IMG/VR virus record: IMGVR_UViG_3300042890_004141
Coordinates: 115,793-135,792 of that record
Source of the DNA: an uncultured virus (IMG/VR IMGVR_UViG_3300042890_004141)
Taxonomy: Duplodnaviria; Heunggongvirae; Uroviricota; Caudoviricetes
Length of the DNA stretch: 20,000 nucleotides
Strand: one strand, 5' to 3'
Of the stretch, positions 7,204 to 16,088 are shown in pieces (the stretch's first letter is position 1; each line of letters opens with the position of its first letter). Position numbers and translations under genes: made by a program. Under the pieces are notes generated by a model. That model was given only the letters and a program-made list of their open reading frames with translations. It was not told the DNA's origin and searched no databases.

Positions 7204-8130
7204 TTATTTGAATTTTGTTTTAAGTTTATTTAAAAGTGGAGTTAATTTAGAACTAGATTTTAAAGTAGTATTCATACCATCAAAAATCATGTTTAAAACA
7301 GATTCTAATTCATTGATATCATTTATACTACTTAAAGCAGTTTTACCAGCTGTGGCTAAATATTTACTTAAAGTAACTACTTCAGGTTTCCCAGTTTCTA
7401 ACTCGTTTAATATTTGTTCTTTAATTAATTTTTTTAAGTCTGATTTTTTCATTTTGTTTTCTTTTATTAATTTTGTTGCTAATTTCCCTCCAGATTTAAG
7501 AGCGACAGCAAATGCTTCTATTAATGGTTTTAAAAAATTAAATATAATTTCAACTCCTTTTACAATAGGTTGTAAAAATCCTAAATACGATTGAAAATCT
7601 GTTAATTTCCCTAAAACGTCTGTTACGAATGTAGGTGAAAAGTATTTTGTTAAAAAATCTTTAACAGCATCAGGAGCTAAAGATTTTAATTTTTCTATAA
7701 TAAAAGTTATTATACTTCCTGCTGTAACTAAGGCCATAAATTTTTTCCAACCTTGTAAGGATTTAATTTTATCTATAAATTGTTTAATTTTTTCAATAAA
7801 AGAATCTAATTTAATTTTTTTAAGAAAATCTGTAAGTGGTTGAATTAATTTTTCTACTCTTCTTTCTAATGGTTTTAAAAAATCATTTAGTAAATCTCCA
7901 TTAGACAATACCTTACCCATAACAACAGCTGCGTCTTTCCAATCTTTAATAGTTGTTATTACTTGATTAAATTTTTCTTTAGCAAAGGTTTTAATTGAAT
8001 CTAAAAATGATTCATATATTAATTGTTCGTGAATAATACGTAATCTTAAAGATTCATTTACATTAACTGATTCATTAAGAGGAATAGGAATACCTAAAGT
8101 AAAAGCAATATGTTCTCTAGATATATTCAT
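7204..8130 (-). CDS. Hypothetical protein with amphipathic/hydrophobic helices and an internal leader motif
   Basis: 308-aa ORF; hydrophobic stretch FMALVTAGSIITFII; internal MKKSDLKKLIKEQILNE at ATG 7452. Confidence 0.7.
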   Translation of the reverse strand: MNISREHIAFTLGIPIPLNESVNVNESLRLRIIHEQLIYESFLDSIKTFAKEKFNQVITTIKDWKDAAVVMGKVLSNGDLLNDFLKPLERRVEKLIQPLTDFLKKIKLDSFIEKIKQFIDKIKSLQGWKKFMALVTAGSIITFIIEKLKSLAPDAVKDFLTKYFSPTFVTDVLGKLTDFQSYLGFLQPIVKGVEIIFNFLKPLIEAFAVALKSGGKLATKLIKENKMKKSDLKKLIKEQILNELETGKPEVVTLSKYLATAGKTALSSINDINELESVLNMIFDGMNTTLKSSSKLTPLLNKLKTKFK

Positions 8131-8132
8131 AA

Positions 8133-8603
8133 TTAAGCTTCAGCTGTTGTATCTTCTTCTGCTGCTGGTTCTTCGGTAGGTGTTTCTGCTGTTTCACCTT
8201 CAGCTCCTGGTTCTGTTTTTTCTTCAGTCATACCATAAGCTAAAACACGAGCAATAGCTTCTGTAGCTGATTCTTCTTCACTTAAATTTAATAAGTAATA
8301 TTTTTTACCTTCAATTTGTGCTACCCAACTTCTTGGAGAATAAGTTAACATAAAAGGTTCTCCATTTCCAAGTATAATTCTAAAAGTTGTTGGTTTAGGA
8401 GCGACCCACTGAATATCTGTTACAAAAATCTCATATTGGTCTGTTAATAAATTAACAATAATATCTTTAAGTTCAGGGAATTTTTGTAATACAGGAAACT
8501 TAGGAGCGTCTAAAGAGATTGTGTCCTGAGCCTTTAATGTTTTAGGCTTATATACTTGTTGTACAAATACTTTGATCTTCTCTTTTAGTTCGTCTTTAGT
8601 CAT
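8133..8603 (-). CDS. Hypothetical protein with acidic tail
   Basis: 156-aa ORF in operon context; leader MTKDELKEKIK; E/T/A-rich C-terminus. Confidence 0.75.
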   Translation of the reverse strand: MTKDELKEKIKVFVQQVYKPKTLKAQDTISLDAPKFPVLQKFPELKDIIVNLLTDQYEIFVTDIQWVAPKPTTFRIILGNGEPFMLTYSPRSWVAQIEGKKYYLLNLSEEESATEAIARVLAYGMTEEKTEPGAEGETAETPTEEPAAEEDTTAEA

Positions 8604-8606
8604 TTT

Positions 8607-10079
8607 TTATTTATTAGCATGATAAGCTTGTAAAGCATCTTCAGCGTCTTTTTTAGAATTATAAGTTTGAGGCCACATTTTACCTGTTTTACCAGATAAA
8701 ACTCTCCATTTACCTTTACTATCCTTTCTAATATTAGAGCCAGGCACTACATCCTCATCAATATAAGGTTTAGCTATTTTTTCAGCAGTTTCAATTTTAT
8801 CATCATTCATAGCTTTTCTAGCTTGTTTGATATTATTTTGATCCTCAGCTGATTTGTTTTTTGGGTCTTTTAAAGCTTTAGCAATTTTAGCTGCTAATTT
8901 ATCTACTTTAGTTACTTCACCTTCCATCATTGGAGCTTCATTGTCTATCATATCTTCAGCACTAGCCACACCTACCATAGCATCAATAGCTGGTTCTTTT
9001 AATTCAAAGTCTAAGTAATGTTTAGCTGATACCATCATTTCTTGGGCTTTAGTAATTTTTGACTGCCACCAAGCAGGAAAATCAACCTCACCTTTACCTT
9101 CAAATCCATCCACCATTTGGTATAATTCCATAGCGTATTTTCCAATACGATATAATTCAGCTTTAATCATATGTGGTTCGTCATCTTCATGACCTAAGTC
9201 AAGATCTTCTTTAAGTATGTCTAAATTTGTAAGTGTTTCTCTAAAATCAGGAACGCTTTCAATCCAACTTATTAAAGCTTCTTCACCTCCAGGATTATTT
9301 TCAAAAAAATCTTCAAATGAATCATATCCAATAGCCTCAATATATGATTCTACATTAGTAGTACCATAATATCCTTCTTTAACACCTTTTGCTTTTTTAA
9401 TAGCTTTATCTTTAACACCTTTATATTCTTCTTCAGATGATTCTATTTCACCATCTCCATCATAATCTTTTGTAGCTTTTTTAGGATTTTTACCTTCACC
9501 CATCTCAGATCTATAATCTTCATAAGTTTCAAGTAAACCTTTTATAGCATCTCTAAGACTTATATAATTTTTTGAAGGAGAAATATATGATTGAATATCT
9601 TCAACTGTGAATTGAGGAGTTTCAAAATATTTAATTAAATTATAATCATAATTTTTTCGCTCTTCAAGACTAAATCCTTCTGAAAAAATTAAATCATATA
9701 ATAATAATTTTTTATTTATATTTTCTAAAGTTTTTTTCGTCTTAAACTGGTGCATTAAGTCATTACTATCAATGATACCTTTCTTTTTTAATTCTTCTTT
9801 TCTTTTAGTAAAAAGATTATCAAAAAGTCCAGTTTCATCCATTGTAATAGGTTTAGAATTAGATTCCTGTTGTAAGGTTTTTCTAACGAGTTCTTTTAGT
9901 TTTTGTTGGTTCATTGATTCGGCTTGTTTTTTAGCTATGTTAATAGCTCTTCCATACATAACTGCTTCAGCGTCCTTACCATAACGTTTAACTAAAGAAC
10001 GTTTTTCTTTTTTAAGATTTTTAAGAATTTTTGGAATTTTCTCTAGTTCGGTTTTGGTAAGGTGACGCTCGTTAAGCAT
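8607..10079 (-). CDS. Mosaic multi-module phage protein (putative head-internal polyprotein)
   Basis: 490 aa. Modules include DYDGDGEIE (DxDxDG loop) and EPHMIKAELYRI...PAWWQSKITKA, plus a basic C-terminal module; boundaries fall at ...E. Confidence 0.75.
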   Translation of the reverse strand: MLNERHLTKTELEKIPKILKNLKKEKRSLVKRYGKDAEAVMYGRAINIAKKQAESMNQQKLKELVRKTLQQESNSKPITMDETGLFDNLFTKRKEELKKKGIIDSNDLMHQFKTKKTLENINKKLLLYDLIFSEGFSLEERKNYDYNLIKYFETPQFTVEDIQSYISPSKNYISLRDAIKGLLETYEDYRSEMGEGKNPKKATKDYDGDGEIESSEEEYKGVKDKAIKKAKGVKEGYYGTTNVESYIEAIGYDSFEDFFENNPGGEEALISWIESVPDFRETLTNLDILKEDLDLGHEDDEPHMIKAELYRIGKYAMELYQMVDGFEGKGEVDFPAWWQSKITKAQEMMVSAKHYLDFELKEPAIDAMVGVASAEDMIDNEAPMMEGEVTKVDKLAAKIAKALKDPKNKSAEDQNNIKQARKAMNDDKIETAEKIAKPYIDEDVVPGSNIRKDSKGKWRVLSGKTGKMWPQTYNSKKDAEDALQAYHANK

Positions 10080-10084
10080 AATTA

Positions 10085-10255
10085 TTATTTTTTATCTTCG
10101 TCGATAGAAGCTTTACGGTACTCAGTAACCAATTTCTTGATTTCACCTAATGCCTTACGGGCACGACCATGAGCTGCTTTAGTAGTTTTAGCATGTTCTG
10201 CCTTAAACTCTTCAAATAATAACTCGATTTTTTCTGCTAATTCTTGTGTGTTCAT
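10085..10255 (-). CDS. Histone H1-like Hc1-family small DNA-binding protein
   Basis: Missed by the track (56 aa). Translates as MNTQELAEKIELLFEEFKAEHAKTTKAAHGRARKALGEIKKLVTEYRKASIDEDKK. The KAAxxRARK...K...E.RK.S signature matches short Hc1 homologues, and the ORF fills the gap between two genes. Confidence 0.8.
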   Translation of the reverse strand: MNTQELAEKIELLFEEFKAEHAKTTKAAHGRARKALGEIKKLVTEYRKASIDEDKK

Positions 10256-10261
10256 ATACTT

Positions 10262-12514
10262 TTATTTTATTTTATCTTTAATATAATCTATTACTTCTGA
10301 TGAAGCACTGTCATAATCTTTGTTTGGGAATAAATCAATAAGTTCATCAATTAATTCATTTTCAAACCAATCGGCTTTTTTTAATTCTTCAAATTCTCCA
10401 TCTTTTTTAGAATCAGCTATAGCTTTATTAATAAAAGATTTTACTTTTGAAGTTAAAGGCACTTCATCTTCATCCTCTGAAATTTCATTTAATTTTTGTT
10501 TATATTGAGTTTCTGTAATAATACCAGCTCGTTTTTGAAGTAATAAAATTTCTTTTATATTCTCAGCTACAGTAGTGTCTTTAACAACATGCTGCTTATT
10601 AAAGAAAGTAATTGTGTTACCAACTTGAGTAGCTAATTTTTCGTCACCTAAAGCTCTAGCGGCTTCTAAAGCTGCTTCTAAATTGTCTTGAACGTCTTTT
10701 TTAGTACCTGTTAAATCTGCGTTTGCGTTTTGAGTGACATCAATTTTACCTGGACCTTGAGGTTCTTCCATAGAAAAATCATCAGTTACGTCTACTGTTT
10801 CTTCACCATCTGTTACATCGTCTGTAACTTCTTCAGTATTTGTTTCTTTGTCTTTTTTAGCTTCACTTACATTTTTAAATTTTTTGCTTACTTGTCTGAA
10901 GATATTATCTAAATCATCATCCATAGAACCTTCCCAGTCTCTATCATAAGCATAATAATCATAAACATCATCAGGAGTGTTAAGTTTTTTAATATCATCT
11001 AAAAATTGTTGTGCTTCATCTTCACCACTTATATCTTTTTCATAGTTGTAAACGTATTTTTGAAGAGGAGTTAAACCATTTTCATCATCTTTAACTTCTT
11101 TTAAAGTAGTGCCTTCTTTAGCCCTTTTAGCTTTATTTAAGTCATTTTCATCTTTAATTTTTTTATCTCTCCAAGCATTAAACTCTTCCTGAGTATTAAA
11201 TGTTTTAATTATATCTAAAGATTTTCTAGCTTCATCATTTCCAAATCTTTCTTTTGTATAGCTGTATCTTGCTCTTTGAAAAGGAGTTAAATCATCTGTT
11301 GTAATTAAATTTTTAAATTTTGTTTTTACTTGTTTGAATATATTATCTAGATCAGAACCTTCCCAACCTCTATCATAAGCATAATAATCATAAACATCTT
11401 GTGGTGTTTTTAATTGTTTAATAGCATCTAAAAACTCTTGTTCTTCTTCTTCATCTCTTTCATCACTTACCTTAGATTCAAAATCATAAACATATTGTTG
11501 AAGATCAGTTAAACCATTTTTATCATCTAACATGCCTTCTAATTCGGCTAAGAAATCTGTTTCTGGAGTTGGAGCGTAAGTATCTTCGTTCATATCCTCT
11601 TTAGATGAAGACATTTTAGTGCCATTAGGTATGCTTGTAGGATTATCTTTAAAGCCCATCTTTTGACCAGCTTCATTGCTTTTAAATCCAACTCCATATT
11701 GGTGAGTACCAACTACAGTTTTTCCATCCATAGTAGTCACCATATTAATAGGAGCATTTGCTTCTGCTAAAACCATTTCTCTAATTTTAGCTGTTAATTC
11801 TGATTTTTTCATTTTTGTATTTGTAGTTTTTACTTCATTTAAATTTAACATATCTTTAATATCTGAAATGTAGTCTTCAACTTCTTTAGCAGTAGTAAAT
11901 TCAGTAAATCTGTCATAAGAATTTTCATCCATTTCCTCAATTTCAGCTGTTATTTTATCAGCCATTTCCTTACCATATTTTTGTTCTAGATACTCAGGAG
12001 CATAAAATTGACCCATATATCCTTCTTCTAATTCTTCTTCATCATCATCATATCCATATACCTCTTCATCATTTTGATCAATAAAATCTTCATCTTCTTC
12101 AGCAGCATACCAAGATTGATTAGGATCGTGTTTTGCTTCTTGAGTAAAATCATGAGTTGTGTAATCAAACTCACTAGGTCTAGTAATTAAAGCAGGGAAT
12201 AATATAGGTGTTGAGGTTTCTTCTTTATTAAAAGCTAAATCAATACCTCTACTTCTATCACCTGAACCGCCATTCATTTGGTCTAGTAATTCATAGTAAT
12301 CCATACCACCAAATACACCATATCCATCATAATTTGGTTCATAATAGTACTTGCCTTTATCATCAAACATGTAGACAGGAATCATGTTTTCTTCTTCAGA
12401 TCCAATTTGTTGTCCTGTATCTTGAGTCATCCAAGAGAATTGACCCTCAGTTAATGAGCCAAAGAATGTAGCTTTATTTTTAGCTATATGTTCTTTTAAA
12501 TTAAATTTAGTCAT
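10262..12514 (-). CDS. Large acidic mosaic protein with internal duplication (putative head-internal polyprotein)
   Basis: 750 aa; two copies of a ~72-aa module; internal MKKSELTAKIREMVLAE leader; LQKRAGIITE motif near the C-terminus. Confidence 0.8.
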   Translation of the reverse strand: MTKFNLKEHIAKNKATFFGSLTEGQFSWMTQDTGQQIGSEEENMIPVYMFDDKGKYYYEPNYDGYGVFGGMDYYELLDQMNGGSGDRSRGIDLAFNKEETSTPILFPALITRPSEFDYTTHDFTQEAKHDPNQSWYAAEEDEDFIDQNDEEVYGYDDDEEELEEGYMGQFYAPEYLEQKYGKEMADKITAEIEEMDENSYDRFTEFTTAKEVEDYISDIKDMLNLNEVKTTNTKMKKSELTAKIREMVLAEANAPINMVTTMDGKTVVGTHQYGVGFKSNEAGQKMGFKDNPTSIPNGTKMSSSKEDMNEDTYAPTPETDFLAELEGMLDDKNGLTDLQQYVYDFESKVSDERDEEEEQEFLDAIKQLKTPQDVYDYYAYDRGWEGSDLDNIFKQVKTKFKNLITTDDLTPFQRARYSYTKERFGNDEARKSLDIIKTFNTQEEFNAWRDKKIKDENDLNKAKRAKEGTTLKEVKDDENGLTPLQKYVYNYEKDISGEDEAQQFLDDIKKLNTPDDVYDYYAYDRDWEGSMDDDLDNIFRQVSKKFKNVSEAKKDKETNTEEVTDDVTDGEETVDVTDDFSMEEPQGPGKIDVTQNANADLTGTKKDVQDNLEAALEAARALGDEKLATQVGNTITFFNKQHVVKDTTVAENIKEILLLQKRAGIITETQYKQKLNEISEDEDEVPLTSKVKSFINKAIADSKKDGEFEELKKADWFENELIDELIDLFPNKDYDSASSEVIDYIKDKIK
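10871..11527 (-). repeat. Diverged intragenic direct repeat, two ~220-bp copies (10871-11089 and 11309-11527)
   Basis: Both copies encode DDxNGLTxLQxYVY...FLDxIKxLxTPxDVYDYYAYDRxWEGS..DLDNIFxQVxxKFKN and share the identical DNA core ctatcataagcataataatcataaacatc. Confidence 0.9.
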
Positions 12515-12526
12515 AATATATATGTG

Positions 12527-12534
12527 ATAAATAT
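12527..12534 (-). promoter_or_regulatory. Putative phage late-promoter motif ATATTTAT
   Basis: In the 21-nt gap upstream of ATG 12514. Confidence 0.55.
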
Positions 12535-12535
12535 G

Positions 12536-13999
12536 TTATTTTTTTAACTTAGCGAGAATAGTCTCAGCTAATTCTTTTTCCCTACGTTTCATATAATCCG
12601 TTTTACCTGAAGGATTTGGGTTTGATGATTTTTTAGGTTTGTCTTTTTTATTAACAGCGTAATCATCTTGGGCTTGTCTACGTTTCATGTAGTCTGTAGC
12701 TTCAGTTACTTTATTATATAAATCTTCATCCGCATTCCATTTCCAATCACTCGCTTTAAAAGATTTTAATTTTTTAGCTATTTGATATTCCGCAGAAGAT
12801 AGTTTTGACTGATTTTGTAAACCTCTTCTTTTATCTCCTCTTCCATAAAATCCTTCTTCAATTTCTTCAGTAGCACCTACAATAGTATCATAATCTTCCA
12901 TAGATAAAATACCTTTTTCTTTATTTAAAGAAATTGCTTTTTCTGTGATATCATGTAAATCCATATCTTCAGCAGCATCTTCTCTTGAATATTCTAACAT
13001 ACGAATAAACAAAGGAACATCCATTGTAATAGTATCTACTTTATCTTCTTCTTCTGCTTCATTAACTGGGCTTTCAAATGAAGCATTATTAAAGAAATCA
13101 AAAATCCATTCAGCCATTTCTATTGTAAATCTAGATTCACCAATCATATCAATTAATTGATTCACTTTAGCTATAGCTTTAGGATAATTTCTTAATTTAG
13201 CGTTAATAAAATCTTTACCTGATAGTAAACCAGACATGAATTTAGCTTCTTCCATTGTTGTTTTTTTAATAGCAGTAATACCACCACCAAAATTGGGTTT
13301 AGCATCCCAACCTTCTGCTTCAAACCTTCTAATCATTCTTTCTCTAGTGGCATCATCCATTGGTTCTACAATTACAATTTTTTCAAAACCTTCACCGGAG
13401 GTTTTTCTATAGGGGTATCCTGCTGTTAATGATTCACTCATTTTTTGTTTTACAGCGCTTTCTAAATTAAATTCATAAACAATTCTATTAAATTTACCAT
13501 AAAATTCATTGGATTCATTCTTTGGTCTATAAATTGCTTTAAAAGGGATGAATTTATTACCTGACATTTCATATTCAACACCTAAAGCATCTAATTGCTT
13601 TTTAGCCATATCAACAGCTGTTTCTTCTTCTTCAGCTTCATCTAATGAAGGAGAAGCCATTTTAATAAACTTATCTGATATAGCAAATACTTGTACTTTA
13701 CCATTTTTTAAATCTTTTACTTCAATATCGTCACTATCAATTTTGTATCTTGCTTCTAATTTTTTAGCAATATTATTACCCATTGATAATGCTTTAGCAG
13801 CTCCTGATTCTCTATCTTGACCACCCATAGTTTTAGATCCACCAACAGATAAAACATCTGAACCTGCTGGATAAGCTATATCAACGTATAGAAAGTCAGG
13901 GTATGATTTGTCCTTACGGAATACGGGTTTAAAATATTCTTCGTTACCTTCGTTTAAGGGTTTAGAGAAAAATTCTTTTATTTTTTGAATGTCTTTCAT
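12536..13999 (-). CDS. Mosaic multi-module phage protein
   Basis: 487 aa; modules delimited by LNE/LDE/MSE/MEE/VNE/VTE; contains DTITMDVPLFIRMLEYSRED and two TDYMKRR repeats. Confidence 0.75.
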   Translation of the reverse strand: MKDIQKIKEFFSKPLNEGNEEYFKPVFRKDKSYPDFLYVDIAYPAGSDVLSVGGSKTMGGQDRESGAAKALSMGNNIAKKLEARYKIDSDDIEVKDLKNGKVQVFAISDKFIKMASPSLDEAEEEETAVDMAKKQLDALGVEYEMSGNKFIPFKAIYRPKNESNEFYGKFNRIVYEFNLESAVKQKMSESLTAGYPYRKTSGEGFEKIVIVEPMDDATRERMIRRFEAEGWDAKPNFGGGITAIKKTTMEEAKFMSGLLSGKDFINAKLRNYPKAIAKVNQLIDMIGESRFTIEMAEWIFDFFNNASFESPVNEAEEEDKVDTITMDVPLFIRMLEYSREDAAEDMDLHDITEKAISLNKEKGILSMEDYDTIVGATEEIEEGFYGRGDKRRGLQNQSKLSSAEYQIAKKLKSFKASDWKWNADEDLYNKVTEATDYMKRRQAQDDYAVNKKDKPKKSSNPNPSGKTDYMKRREKELAETILAKLKK

Positions 14000-14011
14000 G
14001 TGTAATATATA

Positions 14012-14019
14012 ATAAATAT
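14012..14019 (-). promoter_or_regulatory. Putative phage late-promoter motif ATATTTAT
   Basis: In the short gap upstream of ATG 13999. Confidence 0.55.
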
Positions 14020-14591
14020 TATTCTTTCTTTTGTTTCTTTAAATACTCAAGAGCTTCCTCTTTATATTTAAGTAATTGTTCTTTACCATTGCCATCCCAC
14101 TTTTCAATATCGCCAGCTTCAGTAATAAATGATTCTTTTTCATTAATTAATTCATCAAACCAAGTTTCAAAATCTTGAATAGTACCTTCTAAGTGGTCAT
14201 TAATAACTTGTTTTTCTACTTCTTCTAATCTGCCTTCTTTTCTAAGTTGTTGTTCATAGTCTACCTGGCAATTAAAGCAATGTCCATTCATTATAAACCA
14301 TTTTTTATCTAGGTAAGGCTTCATAGCATTAGAACAAGAAGGACAAAACAAAGGCACAACAATACCTTCTTTTGCTTTGTCTAGTTTAGTAATGTTTTGT
14401 TTAATGCCGTTTTTAATAGTCCATTGACGCCCATCTTCCTCCCAAACATCACCTTCATTATGGAATTCTTTTGCCTTATTATAACCTGTTCCCATAGTAG
14501 TTTTTTCTCCATACTTGCCTTGAACCAAGTTACGGAGACGTTCTACATCTCTATGTTTGAACTCTTTTTTTAAAACCGAATCTTTACTCAT
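14019..14591 (-). CDS. Zinc-finger (CxxC...CxxC) phage protein
   Basis: PLFCPSC-x17-CFNC; EGDVWEEDGRQWTIKNG beta-hairpin motif. Confidence 0.75.
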   Translation of the reverse strand: MSKDSVLKKEFKHRDVERLRNLVQGKYGEKTTMGTGYNKAKEFHNEGDVWEEDGRQWTIKNGIKQNITKLDKAKEGIVVPLFCPSCSNAMKPYLDKKWFIMNGHCFNCQVDYEQQLRKEGRLEEVEKQVINDHLEGTIQDFETWFDELINEKESFITEAGDIEKWDGNGKEQLLKYKEEALEYLKKQKKE

Positions 14592-15562
14592 TATTTATAG
14601 TATTCTTTTTTAATAATTTCTTTTAATTGTGTTACAGTTAATTTACCTGTTTTCTTTAACAATTCATATAAGTCAAAATCAGAGTATGAAGTAGCACCAG
14701 GTGTTGCTCCTGGTCGTGAAGCCATATCTCTGGTTTGTTTAGGTATAGAATCAGAAGAATTACTTGGTTTTTCAGGTGCTAAATTTATTTTTTTAGGACT
14801 GTAACCTGGTTCTTCAAATTTAATATTATAACTTTGAGCCAATTTATTAAATATTTCACTTTCTGTAAAGTCAGATAAAGCGTCCTCTGATCCTTTAAAT
14901 AATCTTGTATTTTCTAAATCATCAATAAAACTAGAATAGTTACTTCCTGGCTCATAATCAAACTCAATTTCTTGGTTTTTGTATTTTTCAAAAACTTTTT
15001 TAATTTTATCAATCATTTTTGGTTTTGGAGCTTCTTCTTCTTTTATTTTATTACCAGACACCTGTCCTTTTAAAGATTTCATAATATTAGCTTTACGTTT
15101 TTCCCATTCATCTTCTAGTTCTTGGCCGGTTGGGGGTTTTGGATTTTCTTTTAAAGCTACTTTTTTATCTTTACTGTAGCTTTTAAATTTACCAAGTGGT
15201 GCTGCTGTTGAATTATCTCTTGTTCGACTCATTTCAACTTGATCTTTAATTTTAGAAGCAATAACTGTTTCACCTTCACCACTAATTTCTACTTTCATTT
15301 GTCCCTTTTCTATCATAGGGATAAATTTAATAGTTGATTTTTTATTGTCAATGATTTTACCATTTTTATCTTTTAAAGGTTCTTGAACTTTAATAATACT
15401 AATGTCTTTTTCAAGAATTTCTTTAGTATCAGGATCTTGAAACTTACGTTTTTCAGTACCTTCTTCAGTTGTATAATTACTGTTTTTAAACCAATCCTTA
15501 ACATGGTTTACAATTTTTTCTAAATCTTCTTCTGAGTTTGCTACTATTCTTTTAAATGCCAT
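14591..15562 (-). CDS. Hypothetical protein
   Basis: 323-aa ORF coupled at both ends; ends with leader-like LTVTQLKEIIKKE. Confidence 0.7.
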   Translation of the reverse strand: MAFKRIVANSEEDLEKIVNHVKDWFKNSNYTTEEGTEKRKFQDPDTKEILEKDISIIKVQEPLKDKNGKIIDNKKSTIKFIPMIEKGQMKVEISGEGETVIASKIKDQVEMSRTRDNSTAAPLGKFKSYSKDKKVALKENPKPPTGQELEDEWEKRKANIMKSLKGQVSGNKIKEEEAPKPKMIDKIKKVFEKYKNQEIEFDYEPGSNYSSFIDDLENTRLFKGSEDALSDFTESEIFNKLAQSYNIKFEEPGYSPKKINLAPEKPSNSSDSIPKQTRDMASRPGATPGATSYSDFDLYELLKKTGKLTVTQLKEIIKKEYYK

Positions 15563-16088
15563 ATGCTTGTAGTTGTTTAAGTGTGTCTGCTGTGTTAGTG
15601 TGTAATATTCCTATACCGCCTTTTGATCTCCATTGTTCAATGTTATCAGGACGGTCATCAATAAGTATTTTATTCATTCCAGAATAATTCTGTTTTTTAG
15701 AAGCTGAAGCTAGGATTAATTTAGTTCCAGGTATGTTATTTTTAACCCATAATCTTTTTCCTAAACGAGATTCATTTTCTCTAGAAGGAGCTGAGAGTAG
15801 GGTTGGTTTATATTTTTCAATATAACTCCATAATTCTTTACCATCAGGCATCCACTCCATTCCTACCCAAAACTTAACTCCTATTTCTCCATCAATTAAC
15901 TGCCAAAACTTATCAGTACCATATTTGGTTTGATATTGTGATGGTGATAATCTTTCAGGATTAGAATTTTTAAAACGTTTATCAAAGTCAGTTAATACCC
16001 CATCCATATCACAATAAATTTTATATTGTTGTTCAGGTTCAACTTCTGCTTCTTTAATTTGTTTATATAAATCTGTTAACTTATACAT
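15552..16088 (-). CDS. HAD-superfamily 5'(3')-deoxyribonucleotidase (NT5C-like)
   Basis: Motif I IYCDMDGVLTDF, motif II LSAP, GKRLWV, motif IV ILIDDR and the WxxxGGIGILH tail. Confidence 0.88.
   Translation of the reverse strand: MYKLTDLYKQIKEAEVEPEQQYKIYCDMDGVLTDFDKRFKNSNPERLSPSQYQTKYGTDKFWQLIDGEIGVKFWVGMEWMPDGKELWSYIEKYKPTLLSAPSRENESRLGKRLWVKNNIPGTKLILASASKKQNYSGMNKILIDDRPDNIEQWRSKGGIGILHTNTADTLKQLQAYGI

Noticed and set aside
10871..11527. Repeat pair as DGR template/variable repeat or CRISPR array
   Set aside because: Both copies are in-frame coding, differences are not adenine-specific and include indels, no reverse transcriptase is present, and there is no repeat-spacer periodicity.
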